This document shows positions 16,512 through 24,000 of a stretch of DNA of 24,000 nucleotides, in pieces. A program made the position numbers and the translations under genes. The notes under the pieces are model-generated. The model was not told where the DNA came from and did not search any database. It saw only the letters and a list, made by a program, of their open reading frames with translations. Position 1 is the stretch's first letter, and every line of letters starts with the position of its first letter. This DNA comes from Actinomycetes bacterium (GTDB lineage: Bacteria; Actinomycetota; Actinomycetes; Mycobacteriales; Cryptosporangiaceae), in contig JAOPVE010000407.1 in the NCBI GenBank assembly GCA_025963185.1, positions 1-24,000 of the forward strand, in the 5' to 3' direction.

Positions 16512-19500
16512 ATGTTACGTCGCCTGCCCCGGCGATGGTGGACCGTCGCGGCCACCGGGCTGCTGCCGATCGCCAGCTCACTGCTGGTAATCGCCGCACC
16601 CGCTGCCGCCGCACCTTCCACCGGCAGCGTCACGCTGCGGGTGGAGAGTGCGCGGACTGTCGGTGCACCACCGGAGATCCAGAAGGGCGACCAGGTCACG
16701 AGCTACAAGTGGCTGGTCACCGCCGACGACGTCGGCAACCCGCACGACGCGCTGCAGAACTGCCTGCCCTCCCGGGCTGGCGTGAGCAGCGCCCACAACT
16801 TCGCCGACACGTGCCAGTGGCCGTCGATCCGGTACACCCCAGGCGCCGTGCCGATCGTCGCGCAGGGTGACCAGTCGGACCTGGGCGCCGGCAAGGCACT
16901 GGGCGGGCTGCCCGCCGGGAAGTACCTCATCTCGGTGACCGCGGACGGGTACAAGATCGACGGCGCGCACTTCGCCGTGACCGGCGGCCAGACCAGCCCC
17001 GTGACCGTGAGTATGCAGCCCTACCCGCTCCCGCTCGGATCGGTCCGGATCCGCGTCTTCAACGACTCGATCCCGGTCGACGGGACCTACGAGGTGGGCG
17101 CCGAGCGCGGCCTGGCCGGGTTCACCGCGCACCTGGCGGACGTCCTCGGCGAGGTCTCGGTCGACTACTACGGCAACCGGCTGTGCACCCAGTACGTGCA
17201 CACCCCGCCGGACGCGACCCACCCCGCCGGCCAGATCGTGTTCGACAACGGCAAGCCGCGGATCGCGCCGAACTCGATCGGCAAGTGCCTCAGCGACGCC
17301 AGCGGCGACATCGTGATCCCCAACCTCGGCCCGGACCGCTACGCGGCGCAGGTTGTCCCGCCCACCGGCACCTCGTGGTACCAGACGACGACGCTCGAAG
17401 GCGCCCACGACTGGGACATCTGGGTCCAGGAGGGCGACACCGGCTACGACACCGAGCAGACCGTCGGCGGCGAGAAGGTGCCGTACGTGGACTTCGGGTT
17501 CGTCGCTCCCCGCGCGCTACCGGCGAGCAGGGCGACCGGCGAGATCACGGGCACCGCCGTCGGCGGGCTCGCCTACATCGGCGGCCAGGGCGGCACCGTC
17601 GTCCCCGAGACCGGGATGGCCGGCGCGAAGGTCAGCGGCCCGATCCGCGCGCCGCTGATCGCCCTGTCCGATCTCGGCGGCAACGACCAGATGGTCTACC
17701 TGGGCCGGTGGGGCGCCGACGGCAAGTTCGACGTCAAGAACGTGCCCGACGGCGACTACCAGCTCACCATCTGGGACTACGAGCAGGAGTACATCCTGTG
17801 GAGCTTCAACGTCACCGTGAGCGGCGGCAAGAAGGTCGACGTCGGGACGAAGATGCTGGTCGGCTGGTTCAGCTCGTTCACCGGATCGGTGTTCCTCGAC
17901 GCCAACGGCAACGGCAAGCGCGATCCCGGTGAGACCGGCGTGCCCAGGTTCACGATCGGCCTCAAGGAGCGCGACAACTCCCTGATGGACCAGGCCACCA
18001 ACACCGTCAGCACCGACGACCAGGGCAACTACACCCTCAAGGAGGGATACCCGCTGACCAAGTGGCTCGTGCTGGAGGCCTTCAACACCCGGTTCCGGAA
18101 CACTGGCGTCACCTACCAGGCCGACAACCAGCCGCAGCCGACGACGCTGCTCGGTGGCGCGGTGGACATGAACGTCCTGCCGGTGATCGGCCTCGGCGGC
18201 CGCCTCGACTGGGGCGTCCAGCCCTACGCGGCCGGCGAGAACGGCGGCATCGCGGGCACCATCACCTACGACACGACCCGCAACGAACTCGACGCGTCCA
18301 ACTCGGTGACCGAGGCCTACCAGCCGGGGATCCCGAACGTGCCGGTGCACCTGTACGCGGTGGTGCGCGACGCCAGTGGCGATCCGGTGAAGAACGCCGA
18401 CGGATCGCTGCAACGCGGTCCGGAACTCAACGACGCCTACACGTCCGAGACGTGGCAGGCCGGGCGGGGCTGCACCGCGCGGATGTGGAACGGCCAGCCG
18501 CTCACCACCCAGCAGGCCCTGCCGGATCCCGGCGCCGCGGCGAACGAGCTGTGCCTCGAGGCGCCGATGATGGGCACCCAGTTCGCGCCCAGCGACACCA
18601 CGGCGGGCAGCTTCGGCCAGACCGTCAACGGCAACTACGCGTTCAGCGACTCGAAGCTGAACCTGTACCCGCCGGGCGATCCGCGGAACCCGGGCCCGGA
18701 CCACGGCCTGGCGCTCTACGCCCCGCTCCCGGACGGGCAGACCCAGCCGCTGGCGCCGGATGACTACATCGTCAGCGCCGAGATCCCGCGGACCGCGGAC
18801 GGCAAGCCGATGTACCAGGTCACCAAGGAGGAGGACGTCAACGTCTTCGACGGCGACGGCTTCCTGCCGCAGGAGAACTTCCCGCCGTCCCCCGCGCAGG
18901 CCGCGGACCAGCCTGGACCCGCGGACACCACTCCAGCGCCGGCGGTCAACCCCTCCGGCGGGCCGGGCATCACGTCCGGGTGCGCCGGCGCGGACCACAC
19001 CGTGCACGTCACCGACGCGGGATTCCTCGCCGGTGGCGGCAGCCCCTACGAGGGCCAGCAGAAGCCGCTGTGTGACAGCAAGCTGGTGGAGGTGCGGGCC
19101 GGGCAGACCGCGGCGCCGAACTTCACCCTGTTCACCCCGGTGCCGCTGCCGACCCACTTCTGGGGCCTGACGATCAACGACCTGGGCATCTCGCACGACC
19201 CGCGCAGCGCCAGCTACGGCGAGGCCGAGCCACTGCCGAACGTTCCGGTCGGGCTGTACGACTACGCCGGGCGCCTGGTGGACACCGTCGACACGGACTT
19301 CAACGGCTTCTACGAGGCCATCGAGCCGTCGACGGGCACGTTCAACTGCCCGGTCCCGGCCGGACCATGCCCGGGCATGTACCGCTTCGTGGGCAACGAC
19401 CCGGGACAGCCGGGCCATCTCAACGCCAACTACAACCAGCGGTACCGGACCATCGCCACGAACTTCCAGGCCTGGCCCGGACTGTTCACGGTCACCGACA

Positions 19501-21647
19501 CCGCCCCGACCCAGGTGGCGATGACGGCCCTGGCCCCCGGATCCACCCAGGTCGGCGCGGTGGACTGCACCCCGCCGGCGGCGACGCCCCAGCTGTTCTC
19601 GGTGTCCAAGCCGTACCTGCGCAGCACGGAGACCAGCCGGAGCATCACGATCCGGGGCACCGCGTTCGGCACGGCCAAGGGCACGGTCAGGATGGCGACC
19701 GCGACCGGCGGATCCGTTCCGGCGACCGTGACGAGCTGGTCCGGCACCGAGATCCACGTGACGCTGGGGACCCCGTCCTCGCCGTCCACGGGCACACTGT
19801 CGGTCACCACGGCGGCCGGGACGTCCACGATCAACGGGCTGGCGTTCCAGTTCGCGGGCACCTCGGCGATCGGATCGTCGGGCAACCCGCGGATCCGCCA
19901 GGTCAACCCGCCCGCCTCCGCCGTGAGCCCGGGCGAGAAGACCTACACCACCGTGCAGGCGGCGCTGGAGGACGCGGCGAGCGCGGCCCGCGGATCCGAG
20001 TACGACGTCGTGGTGGTGTGGCCGAACGCGCCCGGCACGGACAACCCGTCCGGGGCGTACTTCGAGAACGTCGTGCTGCACTCGGCGGTCCGGCTGCAGG
20101 GGGTGGGTCCCGGCGGGACGTACGCCGACGGCAGCCACGTCCCGGGATCCGTGCTCGACGGCCGCAACTTCGCGATCGACAACCCCAGCGGCATCGCCTG
20201 GATGAGCCTGGTCGCGTCGATCCCGTACGCGGGGCCCGCCGAGGTTCCCGACGGCGCGGTGGTCACCGTGCTGGCCCGGCGCGGCCAGTTCGACAACCGC
20301 GGCGCCCCGGCGGTGAACGGCTTCACGATCACCGGCGGCAACCAGTCGGACTTCCCGGGCAACGTCAACGAGATCACCGGCGGGATCAAGACCCCGTACG
20401 GCGCCGACGGGGCCGTGGTCACCCAGGGCGGCGGTGTGTACCTGCACGCCGAGGCCAGGGACGCCAAGGTCACCGACAACGTGATCGCGGGCAACAGCGG
20501 CTCGTACGGCGGCGCGATCCGCGTCGGCACCCCGTACGCCACCACGAACAACATGGCCGTGACGATCGCCCGCAACCAGATCCGCGACAACGGCGGCACC
20601 AACCTCGCCGGCGCCGTCGCGCTCTTCTCCGGGAGCAACAACTACTCGGTCGACCACAACGCGGTCTGCGGGAACTTCTCCGCCGAGTACGGGGGCGGGA
20701 TCTCGCACTTCGGGCTCTCCCCCGGCGGCGCGATCACCGCGAACGCGGTCTACCTCAACGAGTCCTACGACGAGGGCGGCGGCATCATGGTGGCTGGCGA
20801 GCTCCCGGCGGACCCCGCGAAAGCCTCCCCCGGATCCGGTGCGGTCACGATCGACGGCAACACGGTCCAGGCCAACCTCGCCAGCGACGACGGGGGCGGG
20901 ATCCGGTTCCTGCAGGCCGGGAACTTCCCGATCAGCGTCACCAACAACGTGGTCGCCGGGAACATCTCGGCCCACGAGGGCGGCGGCCTGGCCCTGGACG
21001 ACGCGACCGACGTGCGGCTCGTCGACAACACGGTGATGGACAACATCACCACGGCGACCGCGGTCACCAGCGACGGCAAGCCGGCCCCGGCCGGACTGTC
21101 GACGGCGGCCAACAGCGACCAGCTCCAGGCCACCCTGCCGTCCGGATCGGCGGCGTTCAGCAACCCGAAGATGTTCGGAAACATCTTCTGGGACAACCGC
21201 GCCGGATCCTGGAACGGTGTCTCCGTCACCGGGATCGGGGCGGCCGGGGCACCGGCGGGCGAGGCGATCCGGTACTGGGATCTGGGCTCGCTCGACGCGG
21301 GCGTGGTCCTGACTCCGACGAACTCGGTGCTGCAAACCACGACCGGCACGGCGCTGTCCAGCACGAACAAGGTGGGCAGCAACCCGAACGTGGTCTCGCC
21401 GTTCCTGACCAGCGTCTCGATCGATCCGTCGCGGACCTACCCGGCGTTCCGGCAGGCCGTGATCGTGATCCAGCACACCGCGGGCGCCGCGCTCGGGGAC
21501 TACCACCTGACCGCGGCCGGACCGGCGCTCAACGCCGGCGCCACCAGCAGGACGTTCGGGACCACGACGGTCAAGGCGCCCGCGCTGGACATCGACGGCG
21601 ACGTGCGCAGCACGAAGACGCCGGACATCGGCGCCGACGAGCGCTGA
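16512..21647 (+). CDS. giant (1711 aa) secreted multi-domain protein with carboxypeptidase-regulatory/SdrD-B-like Ig folds, an IPT/TIG-like domain and a C-terminal right-handed parallel beta-helix
   Basis: Signal MLRRLPRRWWTVAATGLLPIASSLLVIAAPAAAA. GSVFLDANGNGKRDPGETGVPRF is an SdrD B-like motif (about 17880-17960). PQLFSVS...ITIRGTAFG...VTSWSGTEIHVTL is IPT/TIG-like (about 19590-19850). Periodic GGG(V/I)xh coils follow: GGGVYLH, YGGAIRV, GGGISHF, GGGIMVA, DGGGIRF, EGGGLAL (about 20300-21200). The C-terminus is DIDGDVRSTKTPDIGADE. SD GAGAGGGGAA lies upstream. Confidence 0.9.
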   Translation: MLRRLPRRWWTVAATGLLPIASSLLVIAAPAAAAPSTGSVTLRVESARTVGAPPEIQKGDQVTSYKWLVTADDVGNPHDALQNCLPSRAGVSSAHNFADTCQWPSIRYTPGAVPIVAQGDQSDLGAGKALGGLPAGKYLISVTADGYKIDGAHFAVTGGQTSPVTVSMQPYPLPLGSVRIRVFNDSIPVDGTYEVGAERGLAGFTAHLADVLGEVSVDYYGNRLCTQYVHTPPDATHPAGQIVFDNGKPRIAPNSIGKCLSDASGDIVIPNLGPDRYAAQVVPPTGTSWYQTTTLEGAHDWDIWVQEGDTGYDTEQTVGGEKVPYVDFGFVAPRALPASRATGEITGTAVGGLAYIGGQGGTVVPETGMAGAKVSGPIRAPLIALSDLGGNDQMVYLGRWGADGKFDVKNVPDGDYQLTIWDYEQEYILWSFNVTVSGGKKVDVGTKMLVGWFSSFTGSVFLDANGNGKRDPGETGVPRFTIGLKERDNSLMDQATNTVSTDDQGNYTLKEGYPLTKWLVLEAFNTRFRNTGVTYQADNQPQPTTLLGGAVDMNVLPVIGLGGRLDWGVQPYAAGENGGIAGTITYDTTRNELDASNSVTEAYQPGIPNVPVHLYAVVRDASGDPVKNADGSLQRGPELNDAYTSETWQAGRGCTARMWNGQPLTTQQALPDPGAAANELCLEAPMMGTQFAPSDTTAGSFGQTVNGNYAFSDSKLNLYPPGDPRNPGPDHGLALYAPLPDGQTQPLAPDDYIVSAEIPRTADGKPMYQVTKEEDVNVFDGDGFLPQENFPPSPAQAADQPGPADTTPAPAVNPSGGPGITSGCAGADHTVHVTDAGFLAGGGSPYEGQQKPLCDSKLVEVRAGQTAAPNFTLFTPVPLPTHFWGLTINDLGISHDPRSASYGEAEPLPNVPVGLYDYAGRLVDTVDTDFNGFYEAIEPSTGTFNCPVPAGPCPGMYRFVGNDPGQPGHLNANYNQRYRTIATNFQAWPGLFTVTDTAPTQVAMTALAPGSTQVGAVDCTPPAATPQLFSVSKPYLRSTETSRSITIRGTAFGTAKGTVRMATATGGSVPATVTSWSGTEIHVTLGTPSSPSTGTLSVTTAAGTSTINGLAFQFAGTSAIGSSGNPRIRQVNPPASAVSPGEKTYTTVQAALEDAASAARGSEYDVVVVWPNAPGTDNPSGAYFENVVLHSAVRLQGVGPGGTYADGSHVPGSVLDGRNFAIDNPSGIAWMSLVASIPYAGPAEVPDGAVVTVLARRGQFDNRGAPAVNGFTITGGNQSDFPGNVNEITGGIKTPYGADGAVVTQGGGVYLHAEARDAKVTDNVIAGNSGSYGGAIRVGTPYATTNNMAVTIARNQIRDNGGTNLAGAVALFSGSNNYSVDHNAVCGNFSAEYGGGISHFGLSPGGAITANAVYLNESYDEGGGIMVAGELPADPAKASPGSGAVTIDGNTVQANLASDDGGGIRFLQAGNFPISVTNNVVAGNISAHEGGGLALDDATDVRLVDNTVMDNITTATAVTSDGKPAPAGLSTAANSDQLQATLPSGSAAFSNPKMFGNIFWDNRAGSWNGVSVTGIGAAGAPAGEAIRYWDLGSLDAGVVLTPTNSVLQTTTGTALSSTNKVGSNPNVVSPFLTSVSIDPSRTYPAFRQAVIVIQHTAGAALGDYHLTAAGPALNAGATSRTFGTTTVKAPALDIDGDVRSTKTPDIGADER

Positions 21648-21654
21648 CTCAGCT

Positions 21655-21687
21655 CCGGGGCGGCGGCCTGCCATACCGCCGCCCCGG
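21655..21687 (+). terminator. perfect 12-bp-stem hairpin directly after the giant gene (terminator or attenuator)
   Basis: ccggggcggcgg (21655-21666), a 9-nt loop, then ccgccgccccgg (21676-21687). It begins 8 nt after the stop and ends 59 nt before the next start. Confidence 0.5.
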
Positions 21688-21745
21688 ATCCCGGCCCCGT
21701 CCTCAGCACTCGCCCCCAGCACCCATTTCCCGCAAGGAGACCACC

Positions 21746-23008
21746 GTGTCCGACCATTCACTGCGCCGCGCCGTCGGCCGGCGCGCGTTCCTCGCCGGGG
21801 CGGCCGGAGCCGCCGGCTGGGCTGCCCTGTCCGCCAGCCGTGGGCCAGGCTCGCCGCGCCTGGCCAGGGCGGCCGTGACCACCGCCGTCCCGAACCCGAC
21901 CACCAGCGTGCACCTGGCCGGCACCGACGGATGGGTGTCGATGCCGCAGGGCGCCCCGGCGATCCCGCCGTTCTGGCCCGACCCGCTGGCCCCGGCGAAC
22001 GCCAACCTCTACGCGTTCGGGTTCCGGGACGTCACCGGGATGACCGCGGCGCAGATCACCGCCCAGCGCGGGAAGGCCCAGATCTCGGCGCCGATGCTCT
22101 CCTTCGACCAGGAGACCGACATCAAGATCACCCTGACCAACCTCGGGCTCTCCCAGCGGCCGGATCTCGTCGACGGCCACACAGTCCACTGGCACGGGTT
22201 CCGCAACGCGATCCCGCTGTTCGACGGGGTTCCGGAGCTGTCCATCGCGGTGCCGATCGGGCGGGACTTCACGTACTTCTACCGCCCGCACGACCCCGGC
22301 ACGTACATGTACCACTGCCACTTCGAGGACGTCGAGCACGTCCAGATGGGCATGACGGGGCTGGTGTTCGTCCGGCCGGTGCAGAACAAGGGCACCAGGG
22401 ACCTGCCCGCGGGCAAGTACGCCTACAACTGCGGCGACGGATCGACGCGGTACGACCGCGAGTTCGGCTTCATGTTCACCGAGGTCTGGGCCGAGGCGCA
22501 CTACCGCGACGCGCACATCCAGACGACGGACTGGACCGACTACAACCCGACGTTCTTCGCGATGAACGGCCGGGCCTACCCGGACACGCTCGCGCCGAAC
22601 GGCGATCCGCTGAAGGTGCCCGCCGATCCGCGGCTGCAGTACCAGCCGATCTCCTCGCTGGTGACCTGCAACTCCGGCGACCGGGTGCTGCTGCGGCTGG
22701 CGAACCTGGGCTACCAGAACCACGCGATCACGGTCGACGGCATCGACCTCACCGTGATCGGCAAGGACGCCAGCCTGCTCCGGGGGCGCGACGGGACCGC
22801 CCAGTACACCGTCACCAACACCGTCGAGATCGGGCCGGGCGAGAGCCGGGACGTGCTGTTCACAGCCCCGAACCCCGGCACCTACCTGCTCTACGACCGG
22901 GACTACCGCGCGCTGACCAACGCCGGCGGCGGGCTCGGCGGGCAGATGACCGAGATCCGGGTCTCGCCCAAGGGGACGGTCCCCGCACAGACCAAGGCCA
23001 ACGCATGA
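21746..23008 (+). CDS. Tat-exported two-cupredoxin multicopper-oxidase-like protein (MCO-A): domain 1 has a full ligand set, domain 2 has none
   Basis: GTG 21746 with SD AAGGAGA 5 nt upstream. Tat motif GRRAFLAGAAGAAG. Domain 1 carries HTVHWHG (22178-22198) and HCHFEDVEHVQMGM (22313-22354). In domain 2 the equivalent positions read YQNHAITVDG and NPGTYLLYDRDY...GGQM, so the His/Cys ligands are lost. The first 790 aa or so of track ORF 19367..23008 are a shadow of the giant gene. Confidence 0.9.
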   Translation: MSDHSLRRAVGRRAFLAGAAGAAGWAALSASRGPGSPRLARAAVTTAVPNPTTSVHLAGTDGWVSMPQGAPAIPPFWPDPLAPANANLYAFGFRDVTGMTAAQITAQRGKAQISAPMLSFDQETDIKITLTNLGLSQRPDLVDGHTVHWHGFRNAIPLFDGVPELSIAVPIGRDFTYFYRPHDPGTYMYHCHFEDVEHVQMGMTGLVFVRPVQNKGTRDLPAGKYAYNCGDGSTRYDREFGFMFTEVWAEAHYRDAHIQTTDWTDYNPTFFAMNGRAYPDTLAPNGDPLKVPADPRLQYQPISSLVTCNSGDRVLLRLANLGYQNHAITVDGIDLTVIGKDASLLRGRDGTAQYTVTNTVEIGPGESRDVLFTAPNPGTYLLYDRDYRALTNAGGGLGGQMTEIRVSPKGTVPAQTKANA

Positions 23009-23049
23009 GGAGGCCGAGCATGAGGAGGCTGAGCGTGAGGAGCCAAGGG
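23005..23049 (+). repeat. three tandem in-frame 15-bp units, each carrying a start codon and an SD-like GAGGAG(G)
   Basis: atgaggaggccgagc (23005-23019), atgaggaggctgagc (23020-23034), gtgaggagccaaggg (23035-23049), then ATG 23050. The first ATG overlaps the MCO-A stop (ATGA). Confidence 0.85.
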
Positions 23050-24000
23050 ATGATCAGCCACGGCCGGTTACGGCGCGCACTGCCGGCGGTGCTGGGACTG
23101 GCGACGGCCGCCGTGCTGGTGGTGCCCGGACCCGGCAGCTCCGCCGCGACGGCCAGCGAGGGGCTGGACTGCCAGAGTTCGCCGGACAACGCCTTCGCCC
23201 TCACCGCGAACGCCGGGTACGTCACCACCCCCGACGGCAACTCGATCTACATGTGGAGCTACGCCAGCGACGGCGGATCGTTCCAGCTTCCCGGCCCGTC
23301 CCTGTGCGTCGACTCGGGCGCGAAGGTCACGGTAACCCTGCGCAACACGCTGCCCGAGGCGACCTCGATCATGTTCCCCGGCCAGAAGCAGGTACTCGCG
23401 GACGGCCAGCCGGCCCAGCCGGTCACCGACTCCGCCGGGACCCTGACCTCGATGACCAGCACGGCGGGCGCCACCGGCGGATCCGTCACCTACACCTTCA
23501 CCGCCGGCAGCCCGGGCACCTACCTCTACCAGTCCGGCACCGACGTGCAGAAGCAGCAGCAGATGGGGCTGTTCGGCGCGCTCGTCGTGCGCCCGGCGGG
23601 CCACCCCGACCAGGAGAACGACCGGCCGGACTCCCGCTTCAGCGCCAGCCACGAGTACCTGTACATGCTCAGCGAGGTCGACCCGGACGCGCACCTGGCC
23701 GTCGAGCGCAAGCGGCCGTTCGACTGGAGCACGTACAAGGCGCGGTACTTCATGATCAACGGCCGGAGCATGCCGGACACGATCTCGCCGAACCACGCCG
23801 CGTGGCTGCCGAGCCAGCCGTACGGATCGCTGATCCACATCCGGCCGTTCGATCCGGCGTCGAACCCGCAGCCCGCGCTGATCCGGTACCTCAACGCCGG
23901 GACCGTGAGCTACCCGTTCCACCCGCACGGCAGCGACGAGCAGCTCATCTCCCGCGACGGCCACCCGGCCCAGGGACCGAACGGCCAGGACCTGTCGTTC
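23005..24000 (+). CDS. second multicopper-oxidase-like paralog (MCO-B), 3'-truncated by window edge: domain 1 has no ligands, domain 2 carries HPHG
   Basis: Not in the ORF track because it has no stop in the window. I translated frame 1 by hand and it is open from 23005 to 24000. Possible starts are 23005, 23020, 23035 and 23050. Signal ...GRLRRALPAVLGLATAAVLVVPGPGSSAATA. Domain 1 reads TSIMFPGQ where MCOs have TSIHWHG, and GTYLYQSGTDVQKQQQMGLFGALVV where they have GTYWYHSH. Domain 2 has FMINGRSMPDT and YPFHPHG (23911-23931). Confidence 0.85.
   Translation, partial: MRRPSMRRLSVRSQGMISHGRLRRALPAVLGLATAAVLVVPGPGSSAATASEGLDCQSSPDNAFALTANAGYVTTPDGNSIYMWSYASDGGSFQLPGPSLCVDSGAKVTVTLRNTLPEATSIMFPGQKQVLADGQPAQPVTDSAGTLTSMTSTAGATGGSVTYTFTAGSPGTYLYQSGTDVQKQQQMGLFGALVVRPAGHPDQENDRPDSRFSASHEYLYMLSEVDPDAHLAVERKRPFDWSTYKARYFMINGRSMPDTISPNHAAWLPSQPYGSLIHIRPFDPASNPQPALIRYLNAGTVSYPFHPHGSDEQLISRDGHPAQGPNGQDLSF

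Noticed and set aside
19367-21745. First 790 aa or so of track ORF 19367..23008 (a 1213-aa reading frame)
   Set aside because: This part overlaps the giant gene out of frame and is low-complexity Arg/Gly/Pro. A proper SD plus GTG and a Tat signal appear only at 21746, so only the last 420 aa are called (MCO-A).
17517-21761. 1414-aa ORF on the minus strand antisense to the giant gene
   Set aside because: Its composition is extremely Arg/Gly/Pro/Asp-rich with no motifs, which is the typical GC-rich shadow frame. The + strand frame carries a signal peptide, recognisable domains and strong GC3 bias.
1-24000. Genomic island, mobile element, CRISPR array or defence system
   Set aside because: I saw no transposase, integrase or recombinase-like ORFs, no flanking tRNA, no spaced direct-repeat array and no obvious compositional break. 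The window looks like core or accessory chromosome rather than a mobile insertion.

Overview
This is a very GC-rich (by eye over 70%) chromosomal segment that looks actinobacterial, with no tRNA/rRNA, CRISPR array, transposase or integrase. From left to right it contains the following. (1) The tail of a [NiFe]-hydrogenase maturation operon, hypF (5'-truncated)-hypC-hypD-hypE, plus a tightly linked conserved unknown gene. (2) Two minus-strand membrane proteins with a coupled stop/start. (3) A 380-bp non-coding region with a long-range inverted repeat, followed by a secreted HAF-repeat protein. (4) Several small secreted or membrane hypotheticals and an MFS transporter. (5) A divergent secreted phosphoesterase / PstS-like binding-protein pair, which looks phosphate-scavenging. 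(6) A divergent ZIP metal importer / orphan FetB-like exporter permease pair sharing an AT-rich DtxR/IdeR-type iron box. (7) The most interesting part: a 1711-aa secreted multi-domain beta-helix protein followed by two paralogous two-cupredoxin multicopper-oxidase-like proteins, the second running off the window. Their copper-ligand motifs are degenerate in complementary domains. A membrane-tethered secreted protein with a predicted N-terminal His is transcribed divergently from this cluster. I read this as a candidate undescribed extracellular, heteromeric (split) copper oxidase system. Across the window, GATC/GGATCC is strongly over-represented through otherwise rare codons, and short tandem micro-duplications sit on several gene boundaries. 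All family calls come from motif recognition by eye; no database search was run.
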